A stretch of 55,344 nt of DNA from Eledone cirrhosa (taxonomy: Eukaryota). The position numbers and the translations under genes were made by a program. This document shows, piece after piece, positions 23,975 through 36,500 of the stretch; position 1 is the stretch's first letter; each line of letters starts with the position of its first letter. The stretch covers positions 1-55,344 of the forward strand of contig CAXHJY010000396.1 of assembly GCA_964016885.1 (NCBI GenBank), written 5' to 3'. The notes under the pieces were generated by a model, which was not told where the DNA came from, did no database searches, and saw only the letters and a program-made list of their open reading frames with translations.

Positions 23975-24529
23975 GTCTAGGGTGATGAATTGGCACAATC
24001 GTTAGAACTTCGGAAAAAATACCCTGCCGTTCCTTACGTTCTGAGTTCAAATCCCGCCGAGGTAAACTTTACCTTTCATCCTTACGGGGATCGATAAAAT
24101 AAAGTACCAGTAACGCACTGTGGTAATTGCTGGCCTTGTGCCAAAAGTAGAAACAATTATTATAACCATGACGAGACAAATTTGCCTTTTATGTTTCTGG
24201 GAGCAACACACTGGTGTCGATGTAATCGACTTACACCCCCCCCCCCCTCAATTGCTGGCCATATGTCAACATTTGAAATATTATTGATTGGCAGAATCGG
24301 TAGAACGTCGGACAACTTGCTTAGCGGCATAGAGTTATGGCGCTATAAAGTGCCAGACACGCACTGGGGTCGATTTAATCGACTTTCCCCTCCCCCATAA
24401 TTGTTGTCCTTGTGCCTAAATCAGAAACCCTCATTATAACCACAACTTGCTGTGATAGTGAAAATATTGAGCATATTACCTTATTGTTTACATATGTTTT
24501 AAGTATTAATCTAATCTAAACTCCAAAGT

Positions 24530-24805
24530 CTGTCTCGAGCCAACAGGCTCATCAGATCGCTGCTAATCCTGGTTTCCGTCGCGTGAAGTGACTGAGACTA
24601 CAAGACTGCTTCTAGCCAGAGCGCCAGTCCTTTGCAGGGTTAAACCCCTAGCTATTGCCAGTACTCATTTTCAGCTAAGTATACTGGAGCTACCTGAAAT
24701 GAAGTGTTTTGCCCAAGAACGCAACACACAACGTAGTATAGGATTCGAACCCACGACATTATGATTGTAAGTCCAACATCCTTACCACTAGGCCACGCAC
24801 CTCCT
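24530..24805 (-). mobile_element. tRNA-derived SINE (third family)
   Basis: Minus strand tRNA-like head gcgtggcctagtggtaaggatgttggacttacaatc...gggttcgaatcc followed by SINE body. Confidence 0.75.
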
Positions 24806-25054
24806 CTATTGCGTCTAAGATTTGTTTCATTTGTGTGTGTTGTACACATCCTTGAGTTTATTGAATCCTAACTATTCCTAAATCAATGTTCTAATTCTAT
24901 CATCTTACTTTTTTAACCTAGTGTCTGTAATTAATTTCTCTCTCCTCCAGGTTGCCTCGATACATTTTTAAAATCAGAATCTTATATCAATTTCTGTGGT
25001 GAATCCATGTACTGTCTGTCTTCAGCACTTTTTCTAGTTGTTTATCATCTACAG

Positions 25055-25251
25055 CAGTCATGTCAAACATGAGGTCCGCGGGGCGCATGCGGCCCTTTAC
25101 AAGCACACCTGCGGCCCGCACAAAGGTTTTTACAGCGCGCGCGTAATATAAAATAAAAAATATTAGTTGTAATGTGCGCAATTAGTTGTCATGTGTGGCC
25201 CTCAGACAACACATATGTGGCCCTCAGGGGACCCTCAGTTTGATATACCTG
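25055..25251. mobile_element. hAT-like MITE
   Basis: TIR-like cagtcatgtcaaac / gtttgatatacctg, internal ggccc motifs. Confidence 0.6.
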
Positions 25252-25256
25252 ATTTA

Positions 25257-25486
25257 TACGGGTGAGTCATAAGTAACCGGGCAATCGATGCATTTTTATT
25301 GCAACGTTCACATAACCTTTGTGAGATCAACCATGGTTATATTTTTTTAACTACCTTTGTTTCATATATTTAAAATTTCGTAATGTATGACTAGAATTTT
25401 AATGAATATATATTATCATTTGGAATATTAATGTGGGAGTGCCCACATTAATATTCCAAATGATAATATATATGACTCACCCTGAA
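25257..25486. mobile_element. Tc1/mariner-like MITE containing a ~66-bp hairpin (25407-25472)
   Basis: TIR-like tacgggtgagtcat / atgactcaccctgaa; internal palindrome ttatcatttggaatattaatgtggg-agtg-cccacattaatattccaaatgataa. Confidence 0.55.
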
Positions 25487-27244
25487 TAAAAGATGTTTGG
25501 ATATCCTACTATAGCATTTGTATCCGAGTCCAGTCTTGTTTAACATGTTGGTTAAATGTGTCATCCTCTAACAGAAAAATATAGACGAGTTCCTTTGGAA
25601 TATTTCTCTTCTAATGGAATTTGGATTAGTTTTTATAATACACTCTTTTGTCTGCCCCTGCAGAATTGTCCCCGATTTACTCATGTGTTTAATGTATATG
25701 TTATTGGTGATACCTTACTCATTGGTGTTTCCAGGATGCATATGAAGGGAACACTTTAAAAATACTTCTAATACTCAGCCCATGCCATTCTTAACCCCTC
25801 TTTCTCCCTCCACAGTCTTCTGTTTTATTGATCAGTAATTGATCTGTACAACCATATAAGATTTTCTAGCATCCTTTCTGTTCTTCTGGAGACTTATTTT
25901 TCTCAAGATGTCTTTTTATTCTCTACAATATTAAGACTTTAGACCTTGGGGGTCCGGAGCAGTTCAGATTTGGCGAGCCCCTCATATAACATACACACAC
26001 ACACACACATACACACACACACACGCACATACACATGTATATATACACATATATATACATATATATATATTTATTAAAATAACAGATTAAAGTTTAAGCA
26101 AAGAATCGCTGCTTATCGAGCCCTCTTTGGATTTTAGTCTTCAAATTTATTATTATTACATATATATATATATATAGGTATATACATATATATATGTGTG
26201 TGTGTGTGTGTATTGGAACTTCGTATTTTAGAAGAAATACGGTATGTTTAAAATAAACATTTAGAGAGCCGTAGCTATACCAAAACACCAGCGACTAACG
26301 GCGTCTGGCGGTGTCTGAAGCTAAATTGTAATTCTCTCTATATATATATATGTGTGTGTGTGTAAACACACGTACGCAAGGAGAGAGAGAGGGGGGGAAG
26401 GGCTCCTGTTGGGAGAAGGGAAGGCTCTGTTTGATGAGGGGAACCAGATAATTCGACCCCACCACACCGCGATAAATCCGGCCCTGCAGTTGTTACTGTT
26501 TGTTCTTTCTTTAGTTTTCACCTCGGTGAGCTAATCATGTATCAGTATCTTATTAAACATCTCTTATAGAACCTTATGTTTTGTTGAATAATTTAATCAG
26601 AATCTTTTTTATCTTATCGTTTGGTAGTATCTTCCATTTGTTTATGTTTTGTGGCGTCTAAGCTACTTGTATTAATAAGGCTTTTCACGATTGTTCATGT
26701 GCTGTGTTCGTTGTTTTGAACAATCTCGTCCACGGCGATGACTTTGCTGCTCAATAATCCTCTAAAAAATTCTACTTCTTTTACTGTTGCTGCTACATGA
26801 ATTTCTAATTTATTTTTACCAAACTCTTAATAAAATCATTTTTGATTGGATTCGAAGTTTGTTTTATTCAAACCATCGTTTATCGGTTTTCATGCAGACG
26901 ACGAATTGTTGGTGATTTAATGAGGATTTCTTGTTTCAAACATTTTTTTTTTTCAATTCTTTTTTAATTACATTCTTTTGTATTTGCTTCTTTTTCTCTG
27001 TTTTTTTTTCTTTGTTTTTTAGTTGAGTCAATGTGTATCTAATATCAACTAATATATAATAGTCTTGTGTATTTGTCCGTCACACATTAGAGATGACTGA
27101 GAAGGAGGGGGCGATTACGTCGACTGAGGAGGGAAGGGATGTGTTCGTGTGTTTGTATCACTTGTGCCAGTGAGCACGAAGGACCCAACACACTAACCAA
27201 CAAACAAACATCTCTTTTTTTATATTATGTATAGATAGTATAAT

Positions 27245-27280
27245 TAGCCATCGATTTTGACGGCACGGGGCCAGCTAGTA
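27245..27280 (+). mobile_element. Helitron-like 3' terminus
   Basis: Imperfect hairpin ccatcgattttgacgg followed closely by CTAG|T. Confidence 0.45.
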
Positions 27281-27900
27281 TATTTATAAAAGTTAGGAAA
27301 CAATATATATATATATTAATTTATTAAAATAGATTAAAGTTTAAGCAAAGAATCGCTGCTTTCACCCTTAACGGGATCTTCTGAAACTAACAAAGTCAAT
27401 CTGTGAACGCAGAAGTGAATATTTCAAAAAACGTTGCAACCGGAGGAAGACAGGAAGGCGATACTTTGGTTCGTGGAAACGTTCCCTGGCAAAGAACGGG
27501 AAAAAACGAATATAATACGACATTAATTGGAGCGGTGAAAAACAATTACACGCAAAGAAAAAACCACGTTTATGGTATAAAAGAAGTCGTAGACTAATAT
27601 TCTATTAGGTGGTTCATAGAGACGTTCTCTGGCAATGAACGGAAAAAAACGAAGATAATACGTCATATGTGGAGCGGGGAGAATAATTGCACGCAAAGGC
27701 AAAACCACGTAAATGGTATAGCAGAAGTCGTAAACTAAAATTCTAACTAGAAGACCGAATGAATCTCCGCTTCAGAGTTAAGAATAAAGTAAATAAAATA
27801 CAGAGGTAATTGAAATTAAATAAATACATACACGCATCCATATACGTACATACACAAGCATACGCGAAAACACTCGCCATAGGTATACAAATACACGCAC

Positions 27901-27937
<37 letters not shown>

Positions 27938-27973
27938 TGTATGTATGTGTTTATGTATATATGTTTATATATG

Positions 27974-28052
<79 letters not shown>

Positions 28053-28075
28053 ATATTATGTGTATGTGCATTTAA

Positions 28076-28129
<54 letters not shown>

Positions 28130-28384
28130 CAATGAGATTAAACAAAAAACGGTTAATTCATAGTAAAACTCATTATTTTACGATTGTTTCTGGGGTGGGG
28201 GTAGTTCCCCGTATGTCCATTCAATTATTGATCTATGTAATATTTCTATTTTTGACTCTGTATCCAATGAATTATATCGTTGAAAATTTTGTATTTTAAA
28301 CTTTGCTTCACGACATCTTCTACATACAGATTATATTGAGTTCTTCATACGGTTTAGACCCTACCATTGATTGGTAGATTTATC

Positions 28385-28427
<43 letters not shown>

Positions 28428-30495
28428 CAGGAATAACTAGACAGGAAAAATTGGTCAGGAGGAGAAATTTATTGAGTGTTCATTCTTTAACATATGTTTC
28501 TGTACAATATCTGTCTACATGCGCTGACTGCAAATTCCATGTTTATATAACTCGTTGGGCTGTGTAAGTGGTTGAGTATGTATGTGTGTATATCTGTGAT
28601 GTCCGAACGAGTATCCTCCACCTCCAACTAACCTACACTCCGCCTCATGGACTCGGCCAACAGGATGGAGAATAAATTGCCTTGGAGAACGGTGAGGGAT
28701 AGGCACTTGAACAGCCACTCCACATCGTGGGGCTTGCACTTGCGGGCAGCCAACTCTGCTCCTATAACAGTGAGCAGGGATGAAGGTCTGAGAGATCTTT
28801 TCTCTTATTTCCTATCTTTTTTCTGTATATTTGTTTTTCGTGAGGTTTGATATTTCTGTATAATTAGCTGATAGAGTACTCAATCTTCTCCACAATTAAT
28901 GTAAATGCTGCATAGATTATTAAGTTTAACACAGTGATATTGATGTTTGGGTTTCAGAGTATGTATGGTCCCGTAACACTTTATAGAGTCGTAGGGGTGC
29001 CATATTGACATACGGCGTTTCTTGGGCATTTTTAAAGCCTGACAGAGCCCATCTCTCTCCAGGCCTGAGTTCAGTAGATTTCTTCCAATGAAAGATAGAA
29101 AGTGAGAGAGGGGAAATAAGAAAGAGATATGGATGAACAATCGACGCCAGTACTAGACTGGTACCTTTTTTTATCGAGCTCGAAAGGATGAAAGGTACAG
29201 GAACGAATATCATACAGCATTCTTATCCGGCATTTTAACGACTCTGCCAATTCGCCGCCTATGGGTTTCACAGTATATATACTAAATTCGTTAGTCCACT
29301 GTTACATCTAGATTCGGAATAGTGCCCTCTAAATTCTATGAGTATATTCTTACAGTTTCGTTTTGGTAGTAGTCTCCATGCAAAATATGTATATACTCCT
29401 TTGATCTATTTATGTCTTTTCTGTTTTATAAACTCATAATTTAGATTGACATCATTTTTGTGATTACAGGTGTTGTTATTATCATTGGCAGTATCGGTAG
29501 AGCGTCAGACGCCATGCTTTGTAGCATAGGGGTTATGGCCCTTTACATTCTGAGTTCAAATCCCGCCAGGTTAAATTTTCCTTTCATCCTTACGGGGTCG
29601 ACAAAATAAAGAACCAGTCACGCACTGGGGTCGATTTAATCGACTTCCCCCTTACCCCAAATTGCTGGCCTTGTGCCTATATAAGAAACTATTATCATTA
29701 TTATTATTATTATTGTCATTTCTTGGATGCTAATAAGGGCGGTGGATCAGCAGTTTCCGTAAAACGTCGGACGACACGCTTTGTGCGTAGAGTTACGTCC
29801 TTTTACGTTCTGAGCTCAAAGTTAGCTTTGCTTTTCATCCTTACGGGTCCTACAAAATAATGTACCAGTAACGCACTGGGGTCGATTTAATCGACATTCC
29901 CCTCTCCCGAATTTGATAGCCTTATACTTAAACCAGAAACCATTGAGGATGAGTAATTTTGTGTTTTGGTGCACGACGGACGACTATTGAGTCGGCTCCG
30001 ACAAAATTAGATTATCACCAAGTTTTACTGGATGTATTCTTTCTTTTCTGACTTATTTTGCAAACAGGAGATTGCGAAACGTTTGGACGTCTATATCAAT
30101 ACCTGGAGTGGATAAAAAATATGATTTTCGGACGTATTGTATTTTTGATTTCGTGTTTATATTTATTTCAATATGACTTCTCGCAGTTGAAAAGCGAGAA
30201 TGAACACCAATGAGACTAGAATGAGAACAAATACGAGGTTCGGATGAAAGATTCATAAGCTGACAAAGATACTCTCATGGAATGACTACCAATGAGACTA
30301 GAATGAAAACAAATACGATGAGAAACACTGCTTTAGAGCTTCCTTCAACTGTTCTTTTGAGCGCAATTGGAAATCCCCATCTTCGTTCATATAACTGAGG
30401 CATAGTGTTTCTCAATTTTTCCTTCCTTGTGGCCAAATTTTGGATTCAAAACAATTTCAGTCTAAATTATGTTTTAAATCAATTTAAAAATATAA

Positions 30496-31896
30496 TCTAT
30501 ATATCTATATATATATGATATTAAAGAGATATGTTTATTGGTTGGTTGGTTGGTTTAATCACACGAAAACCACACACACACATGCACACACACATACATA
30601 CACACATCTAAAGAGACAACACAGACGGAGACGCAGAGAGAGAGAAGCCGTTAATCAGAGAGAGGTACAATTAAAGTGTTAGATATTCAGAGAGAGGGAG
30701 AGACGTCCTACTAAAGTCTAGAATCATCATAAACTATAAATCAAAGTATCAGTTGAAGGTTTAACAATATTGCGTTAGGTTTTATAAAGTTGTTTTACAC
30801 CAGTCTTTGATTTTACACAACAGAAAAAATTGATACTATTTGAAATTAATCTACGGTGTATATTAATTTAGCTTTTTGAGGATAATGTCATGTCATTATT
30901 GACCTACTTCAGATGACAGAGTGTCAACCTATTCTCTAAGGCTGCTTTGCATTTCTTTCTTTTTTATAGATTGCTTTGTATTGGTTTTTTTTTTGGTTTT
31001 TTGTATTTTTTTTACGATATTTTCCAAGAAAATTAATTTCATCCATCACCAAAACACCGTTCATCTATCGAGGAAGTTACAATGTCTGCCAAACAGTTGA
31101 AATCTTCAAGTGAAAGAGAAACTCACGAACAATAAAAAAAAAAAAAAAAGGTTTGGGAATAAAGGGACAAGTCAACATTGTGACATTCAGCAGTATATGA
31201 GACGGGAAATAGAAAGGTTAAGAAAACAAGAAAGACCATCGCAACTTTGTGAAAGTGTACAGAATCTGAGACAGGAAACAGAAAGGTTAAGACAAGAAGA
31301 AAGACTATCGCAATAAACAGAGGTTCAATATGAAAATCATCAAGAGGCAATGACAGTTGCGATGCAAACTCGACGAGCACAAGCGACTCTTCAAGGCAGA
31401 ATAAACTGGATAAGAGCTGCGTTTTCATATGATCCATTGAAGAATTATAGAAATGATCCGAAGTTGCGATTGGTAGCATGGCTATTACACTTGGCATGTG
31501 TTGCTTAGGAGGAAAGGTCAAACTTCTACTGATAGAGGACCCTCCAACTTTTATTCATATACTGCTTACAGACCGTAGTAACAAAGCTAAACACTTCAGA
31601 AGCAATGTTATGCGGAATATTGCTGTGTTTCAGAAGACGTCCTTTGGAGCTGAAAAAGATCATACTGACTATGGTTATTTCACATTTAAAATCCAAGGCC
31701 AATGCTACAATTTAATCATCAGTTTACTCCCCCAGCCTAATAAAGAAGTGTTATGGTTATTGTTTTTTGTCTCTCTCACACTCATTACGGTCTCACCTCA
31801 TACTGTAAACCAGACAACACATCCAATACAGTCGTTTTCTCTTTTGTCGGTCTTCTCTTAACTGTTCTCCCGGGCGAAGCCGGGTACCTCAGCTAG
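30496..31896 (+). mobile_element. Non-autonomous Helitron with decayed Rep/helicase N-terminal coding fragment
   Basis: 5' A|TCTATA, 3' hairpin cccggg-cgaag-ccggg then CTAG|T; ORF 31478-31861 GMCCLGGKVKL, KHFRSNV, FQKTSFGA, FTFKIQGQCY..IISLLP resembles Helitron helicase-like N-terminal domain. Confidence 0.85.
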
Positions 31897-33148
31897 TTTA
31901 TAATAAGGAGAAAGCATCGAAAATTTAATTTAGATAGTTTCTGAATTATTATCCTTTAAAAATAAAGTAAACCAGTTTGTGTTTTCATAATTTTACGCCT
32001 GTGGAAAAAAATAGAATTTCAAAGCCCACCTATTTTTGTTGGGCCAGCCAACTCCTGGCCCATTTAAAAAATGTCTCGGCCCACTTGAGAGCCTAATGGC
32101 CTAGGTTTAGAACCACTGCTCTTACGGACATATTTAACTCTATTTCTCCTGTTAAACAAAACAAGGTATATGTGAGAATATGCATAATCTTGCGAACAGG
32201 TAATGCTGGTGCGACACACAATCTCACAAAACTGACTTAAACACACAGAACAAGGTCACACTGAGTAACATTTGTAGTGACGTTAGACGTTAGCTTGTTA
32301 CCTTTGTGTGGCAGTGTAGACAGGAGGTGAGTACTGAAATAATGTGTTTGGGTGGCATGTGTTTGGGTGGGATGTACATGGATATGCATGTCCTAGTGAC
32401 CTCTGAATTCACGAAGCTATACTCCATTGTGGGTGCAAAAAGAGAGTTGATAGAATTGGTTGTGTAGGGAAAAAATAACAGTTGTTATAGTCGTGAAAAT
32501 TAACAATCTCTTGAGAGTTTTCTGGTCTAAGGAGCTGAAAAAGGCAGAGAAGGTGAAAAGGAACACATGCTTCAAAAACAACAACGCATCCCAGAAGCCG
32601 CTGTTTTCATAGCACCACCAACCACTTCACTAGTCCCACCACCAACTCCACAATCTGTTGCACAACCAAATGCACCTCAAGTTACACCACTAGTTGCAAC
32701 TCCAAGGACAGCGAAATAAATCGCTTTGTCCTTACTGTCAAAGGCCGACAACCAGGGATCACCTCTCCTAGTCACAACCACAATAATGGTTTCTGATTTT
32801 ATACCACAAGACCAACAATTTTTGGATAGGGAATGTCGACTAAATCTACCCCAGTTTCACACTGGTACTTTATTTTATTGCCCTCGTAAGGAAAAAGGCA
32901 AAGCTAACCTCGGTGGGATTTGAAATTAGAACGCAAAGGAACGTACTCTATGCTGCGAGGTATGGTGTCCGATGCTCTACCGATTACTACCAATCACCGC
33001 CCTTATTGTTTTGCAATAATGAGGAGGGGGTGGAGAATGAACAGCGGTGGACAACTTCCACTGCTCTCCAAAATACAAGCAGAAAGTGAGGAGAAGCTTG
33101 TCTCTTTTTAGGGCTGTATGAAGACCTTCGAGTAACCAACGATATATG

Positions 33149-33239
<91 letters not shown>

Positions 33240-33525
33240 ATGTATGTATGACTAAGTAGGTAGGTAGAAATCAAAAGTATAAATGGCTGGCGAGGTGTTG
33301 TGACAATTTCAATTCCAGATTCGTTACTATTTCTTTTAGTTCATAAAATACATTACATATGTGATCATTTCGTCTCTTATTGGCAAGAGAGTAGGGTATG
33401 ATTTGAGGGAGATTTTGGTGCCATTTATAGCGGATTGAGTAACCTTGTAGAGGTTGCACTATCTTTGGCTCTTCCAGAGGGTGGCAACAATAATACAGAG
33501 GAATTTATGAGTGATCCATCTGCTG

Positions 33526-36500
33526 ATAGTGATGACCAGTTTATAGTGATGACCAGTTTATAGTGATGACCAGTTTATAGTGATGACCAGTTTATAGTGA
33601 TGACCAGTTTATAGTGATGACCAGTTTATAGTGATGACCAGTTTATAGTGATGACCAGTTTATAGTGATGACCAGTTTATAGTGATGACCAGTTTATAGT
33701 GATGACCAGCTTATAGTGACGACCAGCTTATAGTAATGACCTGTTTATAGTGATGACCAGCTTATAGTGACGACCAGTTTATAGTGATGACCAGTTTATA
33801 GTGATGACCAGTTTATAGTGATGACCAGTTTATAGTGATGACCAGCTTATAGTGACGACCAGCTTATAGTGACGACCAGCTTATAGTGATGACCTGTTTA
33901 TAGTGATGACCAGTTTATAGTGATGACCTGTTTATAGTGATGACCAGCTGATAGTGATGACCAGTTTATAGTGATGACCAGCTTATAGTGACGACCAGCT
34001 TATAGTGATGACCAGTTTATAGTGATGACCAGCTTATAGTGATGACCAGTTTATAGTGATGACCAGTTTATAGTGATGACCAGCTTATAGTGATGACCAG
34101 TTTATAGTGATGACCAGTTTATAGTGATGACCTGTTTATAGTGATGACCAGTTTATAGTGATGACCAGCTTATAGTGATGACCAGTTTATAGTGATGACC
34201 AGTTTATAGTGATGACCTGTTTATAGTGATGACCAGTTTATAGTGATGACCAGCTTATAGTGATGACCAGTTTATAGTGATGACCAGTTTATAGTGACGA
34301 CCAGCTTATAGTGATGACCTGTTTATAGTGATGACCAGCTTATAGTGATGACCAGTTTATAGTGATGACCAGTTTATAGTGACGACCAGCTTATAGTGAT
34401 GACCTGTTTATAGTGATGACCAGTTTATAGTGATGACCAGCTTATAGTGATGACCTGTTTATAGTGATGACCAGTTTATAGTGATGACCAGTTTATAGTG
34501 ATGACCAGCTTATAGTGATGACCAGCTTATAGTGATGACCAGTTTATAGTGACGACCAGTTTATAGTGCTGACCAGCTTATAGTGACGACCAGCTTATAG
34601 TGATGACCTGTTTATAGTGACGACCAGCTTATAGTGATGACCAGTTTATAGTGACGACCAGCTTATAGTGACGACCAGCTTATAGTGCTGACCAGTTTAT
34701 AGTGATGACCAGTTTATAGTGATGACCAGTTTATAGTGATGACCAGTTTATAGTGATGACCAGTTTATAGTGACGACCAGCTTATAGTGACGACCAGTTT
34801 ATAGTGCTGACCAGTTTATAGTGATGACCTGTTTATAGTGATGACCAGTTTATAGTGATAACCTGTTTATAGTGATGACCAGCTTATAGTGCTGACCAGT
34901 TTATAGTGCTGACCAGTTTATAGTGATGACCAGCTTATAGTGATGACCAGTTTATAGTGATGACCAGTTTATAGTGATGACCAGCTTATAGTGACGACCA
35001 GCTTATAGTGATGACCTGTTTATAGTGATGACCAGCTTATAGTGATGACCAGTTTATAGTGATGACCAGTTTATAGTGATGACCTGTTTATAGTGATGAC
35101 CAGTTTATAGTGATAACCTGTTTATAGTGATGACCAGCTTATAGTGATGACCAGATTATAGTGATGACCAGTTTATAGTGATGACCAGCTTATAGTGATG
35201 ACCTGTTTATAGTGATGACCAGCTTATAGTGATGACCAGTTTATAGTGATAACCTGTTTATAGTGATGACCAGCTTATAGTGATGACCAGCTTATAGTGA
35301 TGACCAGATTATAGTGATGACCAGTTTATAGTGATGACCAGCTTATAGTGATGACCTGTTTATAGTGATGACCAGATTATAGTGATGACCTGTTTATAGT
35401 GATGACCAGTTTATAGTGATGACCAGTTTATAGTGATGACCAGCTTATAGTGATGACCTGTTTATAGTGATGACCAGATTATAGTGCTGACCAGTTTATA
35501 GTAATGACCTGTTTATAGTGATGACCAGCTTATAGTGATGACTAGTTTATAGTGATGACCTGTTTATAGTGATGACCTGTTTATAGTGATGACCAGATTA
35601 TAGTGATGACCAGCTTATAGTGATGACCAGCTTATAGTGATGACCAGCTTATAGTGATAACCAGATTATAGTGATGACCAGTTTATAGTGATGACCAGCT
35701 TATAGTGATGACCAGCTTATAGTGATGACCAGTTTATAGTGATGACCAGTTTATAGTGATGACCAGTTTATAGTGATGACCAGCTTATAGTGATGACCAG
35801 CTTATAGTGATGACCAGTTTATAGTGCTGACCAGCTTATAGTAATGACCAGTTTATAGTGATGACCAGCTTATAGTGATGACCAGTTTATAGTGATGACC
35901 AGCTTATAGTAATGACCAGTTTATAGTGATGACCAGTTTATAGTGATGACCAGTTTATAGTAATGACCAGTTTATAGTGATGACCAGATTATAGTGATGA
36001 CCAGTTTATAGTGATGACCAGCTTATAGTGATGACCAGTTTATAGTGATGACCAGTTTATAGTGATGACCAGCTTATAGTAATGACCAGTTTATAGTGAT
36101 GACCAGTTTATAGTGATGACCAGCTTATAGTGATGACCAGATTATAGTGATGACCAGTTTATAGTGATGACCTGTTTATAGTGATGACCTGTTTATAGTG
36201 ACGACCAGTTTATAGTGACGACCAGCTTATAGTGACGACCAGTTTATAGTGACGACCAGCTTATAGTGATGACCTGTTTATAGTGATGACCAGTTTATAG
36301 TGATGACCAGTTTATAGTGATGACCAGCTTATAGTGATGACCAGTTTATAGTGATGACCAGTTTATAGTGATGACCAGCTTATAGTGATGACCTGTTTAT
36401 AGTGATGACCAGTTTATAGTGATGACCAGTTTATAGTAATGACCAGTTTATAGTGATGACCAGTTTATAGTGATGACCAGCTTATAGTGATGACCAGTTT

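Larger units (their letters stand above)
24850..25935 (-). pseudogene. Highly decayed R4/Dong-like non-LTR RT fragment interrupted by two MITEs
   Basis: Manual minus-strand translation gives PEEQKGC..YGCTDQLLINK, LRMAWAEY*KYF*SVP, IRREIFQ, NMLNKTGLGY, DDKQLEKVLKT, matching the R4-type RT motif order. Confidence 0.65.

Noticed and set aside
24745-24800. tRNA gene
   Set aside because: tRNA-like head lacks a proper acceptor stem and continues into a SINE body
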